The notes under the pieces were generated by a model that saw only the letters and a program-made list of their open reading frames with translations, made no database searches and was not told the origin of the DNA. Below, one piece after another: positions 19,509 to 28,841 of a DNA stretch of 44,322 nt. The stretch's first letter is position 1, and the number at the start of each line of letters is the position of its first letter. Both the position numbers and the translations under genes were made by a program. Origin of the DNA: Thermoplasmatota archaeon (GTDB lineage Archaea > Thermoplasmatota > E2 > DHVEG-1); assembly GCA_016936135.1 (NCBI GenBank), contig JAFGPP010000143.1:1-44322 (forward strand). Direction: 5' to 3'.

Positions 19509-20855
19509 TTGAAAATTGCGATAGTGAATCAGCCTTTTGGTACTATACCGTTGCCGTGGACTGGAAGTGGCGGTTCAATTGATATTTGGACATATGAAGT
19601 GGCGCGGCGATTAGCTAAATCTTGTGAAGTAGTTGTTTATACGAGAAAGGACAAAGGACAGAAAGAATTAGAATCAGACCAAAATGTACGTTATCGACGG
19701 ATATCAACTACTTTGGATGAATGGTATCCCAGAATCTCGTACATTCTGGATAAGCTGAAAAAAATTTCAGTTACGAGTTCACTTGCCCGAACTATGGAAC
19801 ATTTATTTTTTTTCCGGGACACTAAACGTCCATTTTTTGCTTCTCCTCTCTACTACTTAAATTATGCTTTACAAGTTGCAAAAGACTTAAAAAAGGAAAA
19901 TTGTGATGTTGTACATCTCTTTAATTTTTCTCATTTTGCTCCTATAATCAGAGCTTTTAATCCAAGAGCAAAAATTGTTCTAAACATGCGTTGTGAGTGG
20001 TTAACGGTTCTTGACCAACGCATGATAAAAAAAAGGCTTAGATACATAAATTTAGTAATTGGCTGTAGTAAATATATTATTAACAGCATCAGACATCATT
20101 TCCCAGAATTTAGAGGAAAATGTACCTTACCAATCGAGACAAACGGGGTTGATGTTGATGTTTTTTCGAGTAAAGTTGATCAAGATAACATGAAACATAG
20201 TAAAGAAAAACAGCTATTGTTTGTTGGAAGAATATCGCCTGAAAAAGGGTTACATGTGCTAATTGATGCCTTACAGAAAGTAGTCGAACAATATCCTGAA
20301 GTAAGGCTTAAAATCGTTGGTCCCATAAAAGGCGGTTCATTGTCTCGTGATTTTCTTCTTACTTTGAGCGACACTAAACTCGTCCAAAAATTATCTTCGT
20401 TTTATGACAAAAATGATACTAGCTACATATCATACCTGCAAAATCAAATTCATTCACTTGGTATAGAAGATAATGTGGCCTTCACGGGTTTTGTACCCAA
20501 TTCTCAAGTGCTTGACTACTACCAGGCTGCAGATATCTTGGTTAATCCTTCGTTTAGTGAATCTTTTGGTAGAAGTCTGATTGAGGCCATGGCTTGTGAA
20601 GTGCCTGTTGTTGCAACTAGAATAGGTGGCATGCTAGAAATTGTTGAAAATGGTAAAACTGGACTTTTGGTTGAACCTGGAGACGCTTCTATTTTGTCTG
20701 AGGCAATCCTTTGCCTTTTTAATGATGAAGAATTGAGGAAATCAATGGGAAAAGCTGCGCGAAAGCGTGTCATTAAATTCTTTTCTTGGGAAAAAGTTGT
20801 TGAAAACTTGTTATGTGAGTACAAGAATATTCGTGATTTCAATGTATGTAGATAA
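19509..20855 (+). CDS. GT4 glycosyltransferase
   Basis: NGVD, LFVGRISPEKG, ESFGRSLIEAMACEVPVVAT and FSWE. TTG 19509 (LKIAIV) is more plausible than 19440. Confidence 0.92.
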   Translation: MKIAIVNQPFGTIPLPWTGSGGSIDIWTYEVARRLAKSCEVVVYTRKDKGQKELESDQNVRYRRISTTLDEWYPRISYILDKLKKISVTSSLARTMEHLFFFRDTKRPFFASPLYYLNYALQVAKDLKKENCDVVHLFNFSHFAPIIRAFNPRAKIVLNMRCEWLTVLDQRMIKKRLRYINLVIGCSKYIINSIRHHFPEFRGKCTLPIETNGVDVDVFSSKVDQDNMKHSKEKQLLFVGRISPEKGLHVLIDALQKVVEQYPEVRLKIVGPIKGGSLSRDFLLTLSDTKLVQKLSSFYDKNDTSYISYLQNQIHSLGIEDNVAFTGFVPNSQVLDYYQAADILVNPSFSESFGRSLIEAMACEVPVVATRIGGMLEIVENGKTGLLVEPGDASILSEAILCLFNDEELRKSMGKAARKRVIKFFSWEKVVENLLCEYKNIRDFNVCR

Positions 20856-21693
20856 TTTGAATGAGTATTGTCGTCGAATTTTCAAGTCTTCAATGAATAA
20901 TTTTATGTGTGAAATTGGCGAGAATGATTTACGTAAATCTGCGATTATTTTTTCACCTCATCCAGATGATGAGACGCTTGGTTGTGGCGGAACTATTATT
21001 AAGAAAAAAAGATTTGATGCAGATGTATCAATAGTAATTTTGACTGATGGGAGTCAATCGCATTCAGCTTTTATTTCTAGGGACGAGCTAAAATTTATGC
21101 GTGCACGGAATGCATTGGCTGCTACTCATGTATTAGGTGTCGATGAAAATGATGTCTTTTTTTTAGAGTTCGAAAATCGGAAATTATATGAAAATTTTAA
21201 TTCAGCTGTTCAAAAAGTGAAAGAGATTCTTATGGATTTGCAACCTGAAGAAATCTTTATCCCTTATTATAAGGAGCCCCTCTTTTGGTCAACAGACCAC
21301 CTTGCCACTACTAAAGTGGTACTTTCTGCACTTGCTCTTTCTGGGCTAAATACTGTAATAAATGAATATCCCATTGGATTTTGGGGTCATTGGCCATGGA
21401 CGTCAACCTTGCTGCAGGATGTGTGGAAAAAGAGTTTGTATGCTTGGACAAGTTATCTTTTTTCAGGCTTGTATATGTTGAAGGATTTTAGGTTTTTTGT
21501 TCAGATTAACGATGTTTTAGAGATTAAACGTGCTGCCTTGTTTAAGTATAAGACTCAGATGACGCGACTTTTTTCAAATCTTAATTGGCCTATCCTTGAA
21601 GATGTGTCTAATGGTGAATTTTTGAAGTGTTTCTTTCAAGATCGCGAAGTTTTTCGTCGTTATTCTTTTGTTAAACCAGCTTTCATTAATTGA
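20842..21693 (+). CDS. PIG-L/LmbE family deacetylase
   Basis: SPHPDDETLGCGG, LTDGSQSH, DH and K..AL..YKTQ. The start is uncertain; it overlaps the upstream stop. Confidence 0.9.
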   Translation: MYVDNLNEYCRRIFKSSMNNFMCEIGENDLRKSAIIFSPHPDDETLGCGGTIIKKKRFDADVSIVILTDGSQSHSAFISRDELKFMRARNALAATHVLGVDENDVFFLEFENRKLYENFNSAVQKVKEILMDLQPEEIFIPYYKEPLFWSTDHLATTKVVLSALALSGLNTVINEYPIGFWGHWPWTSTLLQDVWKKSLYAWTSYLFSGLYMLKDFRFFVQINDVLEIKRAALFKYKTQMTRLFSNLNWPILEDVSNGEFLKCFFQDREVFRRYSFVKPAFIN

Positions 21694-21846
21694 ATAGACT
21701 ACTTATTGTCTGATTAAAATTTGTGGAATCTGTTGATCCAACCAAGGATTTAGAAAGATTTTTTGATATTGTGGCAGATATTTAGGGTTCAGAATTCTTA
21801 TTAACTTAATTTAGACCTATAATGGATTAATGTTTGAGGAATAGTT

Positions 21847-22698
21847 ATGGTGAACCCTTCTTTTCTTGCAAATACTTTGAATATGAACCCTAAGAATTTG
21901 TCGATTTGTGTTCTTGGTTTGGGTGAAATTGGTTCGTCTGCCCTAGATTACATTCGAGATAAGCAACTAAATGTGTTTGGTTATGATATTAACCCTGAAG
22001 TTGTCCAGAAAACTAAGGAGAAAGGAATATTAGCTTTTTCAGAGTGGAATGACGTTCCTGATGCAAATATATACATAATATGTGTAGCTACATGGAACAA
22101 GAATGGAGAGCCTGATTTAACACCTGTTTTTGATGTTTCCAAGAAGATCGCACAAAAAGCAAATAATGGTATCTTGGTTTCAATTGAGAGTACTATTGTT
22201 CCTGGGACTTCAAGAAAGGTTCATAGTTCTATTCTGAAGGGAGTTGAACTTGTGCATGTTCCCCACAGATTCTGGAATGAGGCTCCTGTTGAACATGGAG
22301 TTAGACAGCTTCGAGTAATTGGGAGCGTAGACGCAGAGAGTATGGAATCAGGAAGAATATTTTATGGAGACATTCTTGGTATTCCATTAAGTGAAACAGC
22401 TTCGATAGAGATAGCAGAAATTTGTAAAGTATCTGAAAATGCTTATCGTTATGTTCAGATTGCCTTTGCAGAAGAGCTTAGGATGATATGTGAGGATTTG
22501 GGATTGAATTTTCAAGAAGTTCGAAAGGCTTGCAATACAAAATGGAATGTAGAAATTTTGGATGCTAGGGATGGAATAGGTGGTAAATGCCTTCCAAAAG
22601 ACAGGCGTAATCTTGCGTCTTTATCAAAATATAACACTTTATTAACGGCTTCAAAAACGGTTGATACGCTGTATCGTGAATGGCTAAAAAAGAAGTAA
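21847..22698 (+). CDS. UDP-glucose/GDP-mannose dehydrogenase family protein, short form without the C-terminal domain
   Basis: VLGLGEIG, IESTIVPG, AEICKVSENAYR and GIGGKCLPKD (catalytic Cys). Only 283 aa. Confidence 0.85.
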   Translation: MVNPSFLANTLNMNPKNLSICVLGLGEIGSSALDYIRDKQLNVFGYDINPEVVQKTKEKGILAFSEWNDVPDANIYIICVATWNKNGEPDLTPVFDVSKKIAQKANNGILVSIESTIVPGTSRKVHSSILKGVELVHVPHRFWNEAPVEHGVRQLRVIGSVDAESMESGRIFYGDILGIPLSETASIEIAEICKVSENAYRYVQIAFAEELRMICEDLGLNFQEVRKACNTKWNVEILDARDGIGGKCLPKDRRNLASLSKYNTLLTASKTVDTLYREWLKKK

Positions 22699-22868
22699 AC
22701 GATTAGCTGAACTTATTTTCAGCCATCTTTACAATTTCTTTAACAAAATTGGGAACCATTTTACTCTTTTATTTTCTATCTTAATAATGCAGAACTTTAT
22801 TTTAATAGATTATTGAAGTAGAATTAGAGAATTAGTAACTTTTTAATAATTTTTTTTGGAGAAATCTA

Positions 22869-23777
22869 ATGATTTATAGACTTGAAAAAGAAAAACGCAA
22901 GAATGTGCTTTCTTTATACGAAGGATTGCATTTCACTGTTGCTGTTAATGCAATAATTGAAGAGAATCGATCCGGAGAGATATATGTAGATAATGTGGAA
23001 AAGCCCAGATCTGCTTTCACTGTAGATATAAAAGGTCGCGAATGCTACCTAGTTGGATTCTCAGAAAATGATGAATTCAATTCTTCAGTTCAAAAATTAA
23101 TAGTGGAGAAAATTATTCCAACGTTAAATAGTGAATTCTCTGTTTTGCACTTTTTTCCGGATATATGGGCGGAAAAAATTCATGTTTTTTTAAGGAATGA
23201 GCGACCTTGGAAACGTTACATGTTGTGGTTTAAGAATTTTAAGTGGTTAAAAATTAATTGGCAGGCGCTAATGCCTGCTGGTTTTTCTGTTGAGCGGATC
23301 GATGAAGCATTCTTACGAAGAGTTGGTTTAAAGAACCTTGATAATGTGTTAAAGGTTGTTCTGAATTGGAATTCTTTTAATGATTTCTTGATGAACGGGT
23401 ATGGTCTTTGTTTAATTCATGGGAATGTGATTGTTAGTTGGTGTGTGTTTAACAGACGTGCGGGAAATAAATGCGAGATTGTTATTATGACTGATGAAAA
23501 ACATAGGAATGCTGGGTTAGCTACACTCATGAGTGCTGCTCTTTTAGATTATTGTCATTCAAAGAATTTAACCCCTTTTTGGCATTGTTCTAGGGAAAAT
23601 TTTTCTTCGATTGTGGTGGCTAAAAAAATAGGCTTTAAACAAGCATCAGTTTATCCAGTCTATTACTGGATTCCTCGATGGTATACTTATTTACGTTGGA
23701 TTTTGGAAAAAAATCCCGGAGCATTTGTTTCTCTGGCACATCGTGGAATACAACGTTTGTTGTTCAAACATAAATAA
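22869..23777 (+). CDS. GNAT family acetyltransferase
   Basis: C-terminal GNAT motif A, EI..MTDEKHRNAGLAT, and W.C...N..S..VAKKIGF. GGAG RBS. Confidence 0.85.
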   Translation: MIYRLEKEKRKNVLSLYEGLHFTVAVNAIIEENRSGEIYVDNVEKPRSAFTVDIKGRECYLVGFSENDEFNSSVQKLIVEKIIPTLNSEFSVLHFFPDIWAEKIHVFLRNERPWKRYMLWFKNFKWLKINWQALMPAGFSVERIDEAFLRRVGLKNLDNVLKVVLNWNSFNDFLMNGYGLCLIHGNVIVSWCVFNRRAGNKCEIVIMTDEKHRNAGLATLMSAALLDYCHSKNLTPFWHCSRENFSSIVVAKKIGFKQASVYPVYYWIPRWYTYLRWILEKNPGAFVSLAHRGIQRLLFKHK

Positions 23778-23805
23778 AATTTTGAGTTTAGTTGGAGATT
23801 TTAAA

Positions 23806-25005
23806 ATGAACCTTTCAATTAATGCAATTACTGATATGTCAGAGTTTCAGAGAATTGAAAAACAGTTTGACTCTTTTGTTGCTGAATGGAGTGAGAACCC
23901 ATTCGTCTCTAGCGTTTTCATAAAGAATGGTGCCCAACTCAGCAACTTCAGAGGATGGAAGCCACTGTTATTGATCGTTTATGACTCAGATAAAATTGTG
24001 GGCATGGCTCCTTTGGCTTTTCGAAAAAGACTCGGGATTCTTTTTGTGCAGTTTCTTTACGGTCCAAATTTTTTAATGGATTTTGTGGTTCATAAAAAAT
24101 ATCGTGAAGTTTGTGTTAAGAAAATATTGCATACTTTGATAAGCTTTTATAAGTGTAGGTTTGTGGATCTGACCTTTTCGGAAGAATCATCCACTTTAAA
24201 ACTGTTAAAAAAAGTTTGTACTGAATTTCATATATATTTTAAAACTATGGACTCATCATTTGGCGGACACCGAGTTATTTCCCTCACTGGCACATGGGAT
24301 GATTTTGTAAATGCTAGTGATGGTAAAGTTAGACGTAAACTTAATCGAATTGAGAGAAAATTCAGAATGCTTGGTGATTGTCGGATAACTTGTGTGGAAA
24401 GACTTGACGATGATCCAATGGTTTGTGAGAAAATCATAAAACTTGATGGGCTTAGTTGGAAAAAAAATTGGATGGACTCTAGGGGAATTGCGTACGATCC
24501 AGAATTGTCGATAACTCTTAATGCAGTACGTGAAACGGATAATGCTGCTTCTATCTTTACATGGAAGACATATTTTCTTGAGTTGAATGGCAAGGTTATC
24601 GCTTATCTTTTAATTTTTAGAGAAAGGGGTTCAGTAATTTTCAAACGGGCATCATATGACAATGCTTACAAGAAGTTTTCACCTGGTATCTTTTTGTTCA
24701 ATGATGTGATTCGTGAAATTTTTGATGAAGAAAATGTTAAAGTGATAGATTGGTGTGCAGACCATCGTTATCAGAAACTATGGGCTTCAATTTTATTGTC
24801 CAATACTGTAATAAGTATTAGAAATGGATTTTTGCTGAATAGTCTAGAGCGACTTCTGGAATTTCCTATTGTTAAACGTGTCGCGTTTCCTTTGTATTGC
24901 CTAAAATGTTTGTTGTTGACGCATAGGGCTAATCCTTTAGTAACGGATTATAAAAGTGATCAAAACGAATTTAAATTCACTGATTGCGGAGAAAATTTAT
25001 CGTAG
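23806..25005 (+). CDS. GNAT/FemAB-like protein (CelD/BcsL, Acetyltransf_6 type)
   Basis: IVGMAPL, RRKLNR.ERK, SWK, LELNGKVIAY and YDNAYKKFSPG. ATG 23806 follows GGAG. Confidence 0.85.
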   Translation: MNLSINAITDMSEFQRIEKQFDSFVAEWSENPFVSSVFIKNGAQLSNFRGWKPLLLIVYDSDKIVGMAPLAFRKRLGILFVQFLYGPNFLMDFVVHKKYREVCVKKILHTLISFYKCRFVDLTFSEESSTLKLLKKVCTEFHIYFKTMDSSFGGHRVISLTGTWDDFVNASDGKVRRKLNRIERKFRMLGDCRITCVERLDDDPMVCEKIIKLDGLSWKKNWMDSRGIAYDPELSITLNAVRETDNAASIFTWKTYFLELNGKVIAYLLIFRERGSVIFKRASYDNAYKKFSPGIFLFNDVIREIFDEENVKVIDWCADHRYQKLWASILLSNTVISIRNGFLLNSLERLLEFPIVKRVAFPLYCLKCLLLTHRANPLVTDYKSDQNEFKFTDCGENLS

Positions 25006-25094
25006 CAATTATTATCTCTCAATTTTTGATGTTTATGAATATTTTTTGACTTTAATAATTTTTATTTTAGGCAAACTCGTTAGAGTGTGAGTCC

Positions 25095-26167
25095 ATGAAA
25101 ATAGTTGAAGTTAGGAATTATAGGGATTTTATGGCTCTGGAAGAGTTTTGGAAAGACCTGCTTAATTATTGTTCTCATACAATTTTTTCTACTTGGGAAT
25201 GGGTTTCGACATGGTGGAAATATTTTGGAAAGGAACGCGATCTCAGAATATTGCTTGCGAAGGAAAAAGAACATCTGATTGGTATTGCTCCACTTATGCT
25301 ATCTCGTTATCCTTTTCTGTATAATCGAACTAAACTTCGCAAAATAGAGTTCATTGGAAGAGGTAATGCAGATTACAACCAGTTTCTTTTCAGAAAGGGA
25401 ATGAATGAACATCCGAATTTTTTTATTAACCATCTTCTAAAAGCCTCTGATTGGGATATTATCGAACTAGTAGATGTAAGTGAAGAAAGTTCTTCAGTTG
25501 ATATTTTGCGATCAATAAATAAATTCTCCGAGCTAAACGTTTGCAATTTTTGTCCGTATATTACTTTGCCTTCTTCACTTCAAGATTACACAAAAAGTTT
25601 AAGTCGAAATTTGAGGAAAAATTTGAGTAAAAGAATGAAAAGACTTGAAAAAGATTATAGAGTTGAGTTTAAAACTCAACATGATTTTGGTTCATTAAGA
25701 GAAGCTATGGAACTGTTTTTTGATTTGCACGATAAAAGGTGGGCATAAAGGAAGGACAGAGTGCCTTTATTTATGGGCTAAATCGCGATTTTCATTTTGA
25801 TTTGGCTCAAGTTTTTGATGAAAAAAACTGGTTAGATCTCAATTTTTTGGTAGTAGATGATAATCCCATCGCGGCAATGTATTCTTTTGATTATGCATCA
25901 AAAAAATATGGATATAATACTGGGTTTGACCCGGAATTTGCTAAGTATGGAATAGGTAACATGCTAAAAAATTATTCGATTGAAGAATCTATAAAAAAGG
26001 GGTTAAGGGAGTATGATCTGCTTAGGGGTCGTGAGTCTTATAAATCGAATTGGGCTACAGGGTTTAGAGAAAATTTTGTTGCACGAATGGCTAATAGAAG
26101 CTGGCGTGGATCATTGTTTTTGCAAATAAACAAAGTCAAACAACATTTTAAAAGTGATAGTAACTAA
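25095..26167 (+). pseudogene. Frameshifted CelD/BcsL-type GNAT gene, split into 25095-25748 and 25739-26167
   Basis: The first half (IFSTWEW..WW, LIGIAPL, ADY, LHDKRW) stops at TAA 25746-25748. The second half continues in the -1 frame (KEGQSAF...FH...YNTGFDPEF..YGIG...YDLLRG.ESYK..W). Confidence 0.85.
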
Positions 26168-26238
26168 TTATCCTATTGTCTAAAGCAAATGACGTTTGAA
26201 TATTCACATATTATAAAAGGTTAGTGAGAGAAATGCCG

Positions 26239-27414
26239 ATGAAAAATACTTGTCCCAGCTGTGGGTCGCAGAATGTTTCAGATTTTTACGAGGTAAAAAA
26301 TGTTCCTGTAAATAGTTGCGTGTTATTATCTAGCGAGCAAAAGGCACTTGATTTTCCTAAAGGAGATGTTATTCTAGGTTTTTGTGAAAATTGTGGTTTC
26401 ATTTTCAACAGAGTTTTTGATCAATCTAAGGTAAATTATTCTGCAGTCTATGAGGATCAACAATCTTTTTCACCGACGTTTAACGTTTTTGCAAGGGGCT
26501 TAGTAACTAGGCTAATAGAAAAACACGATCTGCAAGATAAAAGAATTTTAGAAATTGGTTGTGGGAAAGGCGATTTTCTGTCTCTTATTTGTGAGTTGGG
26601 CCTGAATTATGGTATAGGAATAGATCCTGCATTTGAAAAGAATCGTGTCAAGAGTGAAGTTTCAGAACGGATGACTTTTATTCGTGATTATTACTCCGAA
26701 CGTTACTCTGGGTATGATGCAGATTTTGTGTGTTGTCGTCATACTCTTGAGCACATACCCAATACAGCTGAATTTGTTACTACTGTAAGACGCGCAGTAG
26801 ATGATCATCTAAATAGCATTGTGTTTTTTGAGTTGCCTGATATGATCCGTGTGTTGAATGAATTAGCGTTCTGGGATATTTACTATGAACATTGTTCCTA
26901 TTTCAGTCTGGGATCACTTGCTAGACTGTTTCGTAGTTGTATGTTTGAGATTGTTGATCTTTCCAAGGATTTTGATGACCAGTACCTCTTACTTGATGCA
27001 AAACCAGTGAATGAGCGATCAGTTAAGAAACATGATTTGGAGGAAAGTGTCAAAGAAACTATGGATTGTGTAAACTATTTTGAGGCTCACTGTAATGAAA
27101 AAATAAAAATGTGGAAAGATCGTTTGCACCAGTTTCAGGATGCTGGTAAAAAAGTAGTTATTTGGGGTTCAGGTTCGAAATGTGTTTCTTTCCTTACTAC
27201 TTTGGATGTAAGGAATGAGATTGATTTTGTAGTTGATATTAATCCATATCGTGAGGGTATGTTTATTCCTGGTGCTGCAAAGAAAATTATGCTACCCGAT
27301 TTTCTTAAGGATTACGATCCTGACTATACTATTGTTATGAATGCGGCGTATGTCAATGAAATTCGACGATCAATTGATGATATGGGTGTAACTACAGAGA
27401 TTCTTACCATTTAG
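26239..27414 (+). CDS. Zinc-binding class I SAM methyltransferase, sugar C-methyltransferase family
   Basis: CPSC...CENC, LEIGCGKG, RHTLEH, WDIYYEHCSYF, WGSGSK and VDINP. Alternative starts at 26224 and 26233. Confidence 0.88.
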   Translation: MKNTCPSCGSQNVSDFYEVKNVPVNSCVLLSSEQKALDFPKGDVILGFCENCGFIFNRVFDQSKVNYSAVYEDQQSFSPTFNVFARGLVTRLIEKHDLQDKRILEIGCGKGDFLSLICELGLNYGIGIDPAFEKNRVKSEVSERMTFIRDYYSERYSGYDADFVCCRHTLEHIPNTAEFVTTVRRAVDDHLNSIVFFELPDMIRVLNELAFWDIYYEHCSYFSLGSLARLFRSCMFEIVDLSKDFDDQYLLLDAKPVNERSVKKHDLEESVKETMDCVNYFEAHCNEKIKMWKDRLHQFQDAGKKVVIWGSGSKCVSFLTTLDVRNEIDFVVDINPYREGMFIPGAAKKIMLPDFLKDYDPDYTIVMNAAYVNEIRRSIDDMGVTTEILTI

Positions 27415-27469
27415 TATCGAGTTATGTGAATTTACAATTCTTTTAAATTGTGAATATTGAAAAGGTAGT

Positions 27470-28750
27470 TTGGATACAGGTGTGCAGAAACTTTGCGGGT
27501 TGAAACTCTTGGAAGGCACTTTTGGGCAGTCAGCGTTTAGGGATTCAGCATTGAAATGTTTTGAAAAACGGGTAGCAGCTTATGCAGGAACGCGGAATGC
27601 GATTTTGTGTTCTTCTGGTCGAACAGCCATTTTGTTTTCTTTATTGGCTTTAGATACAAAACCAGGCAACAGGGTTATAATTCCTGATTACTCTTGCCAA
27701 ATATTACCTATCGCGGTTTTTTGTACAGGAGGTATCGCAAATTTTTGTGATATGGACAAGAAAACACTTGGATTATCTTATGGTCATCTCGAGAAACTAA
27801 TTCAATCGGATACTAAAGCAGTAATACTTGTACATCCATATGGCATTCCGGTTGATCCTTCCCCTGTTTTGGAGCTCACTCAAGATAATGATGTTTTCCT
27901 TATTAGTGATGCGGCACAAGCGATTACAGCTAGAATACATGGGAAAAATGTGGCTTCATTTGGTGATGTTGGAATCTTTTCTTTTAACAAGTTTCTAAAC
28001 GTAAATTTAGGGGCTGTTGTAGTTACTAATAATGATGAAATTGCAGAAAAGATAGAGTTAATTCGAAATCAATTTGAAGTTAATTCCTATGCTGCTTTAA
28101 TCGGTAACAAGTGTCCTGCTCCAAAAGTCAAAAAAATTAAGATGAAAATGTTTTCTAGTATCAATTATTTGCATAGGTTTTTGTTGTCGTTTTCAGAAAG
28201 AAAGCATTTCAGCGTTGTTAATGGATGGGTAAACATAGATGAGTATCTGTGGAATAAATATCAAAATAATACTTTAACTCGTCCTTTAATCGGACATCTA
28301 ATGGCTTACAATACGTTAGATAAATACTCGGCAATGCGAAAAATGGAAGAATCTGAAGTTTTAGATCTGGATTTAAAATTTTCTGATATACAAAAACTGC
28401 ATGAAAAACGTACAATGATAGGCAAAAGATATGAACAGTTTCTTAAAGAAGACGTTGCTAGCAAATTCTCTTTATCCACTGATGCAACTCCTTCTTTCTT
28501 TCGCTATCCTGTTCTTTTTTCTGATGAAAATATACGAAATAGTTGCATTGACAATCTTTCGAAAGCTGGATACTTGGTTAATTATCTCTATAAACCCTTA
28601 CATAAATCGCCGCTTTTTAGATATGAAAACGTCGATGCAACTTTTGGTAACTCAGTCTGTTTATCAAAACACCTTTTGCCTTTACCGATTAACCCCCATT
28701 TGAGTCTTGATGATGTCGATAATATAATTGAAATTGTAAACTTGGCTTAA
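27470..28750 (+). CDS. DegT/DnrJ/EryC1/StrS-like PLP-dependent sugar aminotransferase
   Basis: SSGRTAI, VHPYG, SDAAQA, GDVGIFSFNK, Y.PLH and L.LPINP.L. Confidence 0.85.
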   Translation: MDTGVQKLCGLKLLEGTFGQSAFRDSALKCFEKRVAAYAGTRNAILCSSGRTAILFSLLALDTKPGNRVIIPDYSCQILPIAVFCTGGIANFCDMDKKTLGLSYGHLEKLIQSDTKAVILVHPYGIPVDPSPVLELTQDNDVFLISDAAQAITARIHGKNVASFGDVGIFSFNKFLNVNLGAVVVTNNDEIAEKIELIRNQFEVNSYAALIGNKCPAPKVKKIKMKMFSSINYLHRFLLSFSERKHFSVVNGWVNIDEYLWNKYQNNTLTRPLIGHLMAYNTLDKYSAMRKMEESEVLDLDLKFSDIQKLHEKRTMIGKRYEQFLKEDVASKFSLSTDATPSFFRYPVLFSDENIRNSCIDNLSKAGYLVNYLYKPLHKSPLFRYENVDATFGNSVCLSKHLLPLPINPHLSLDDVDNIIEIVNLA

Positions 28751-28841
28751 TTAAATCACCTCGTTTGCTGAATAAATTGTGCCTAGTTTCGGAGTATATT
28801 TAATATTTGAGTATATTCGATATGTCGTAGGCCTGAGAGAA

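Noticed and set aside
25730-25760. Programmed -1 ribosomal frameshift in the split GNAT
   Set aside because: No in-frame slippery heptamer or evident downstream structure. A simple 1-bp deletion or error is more parsimonious.
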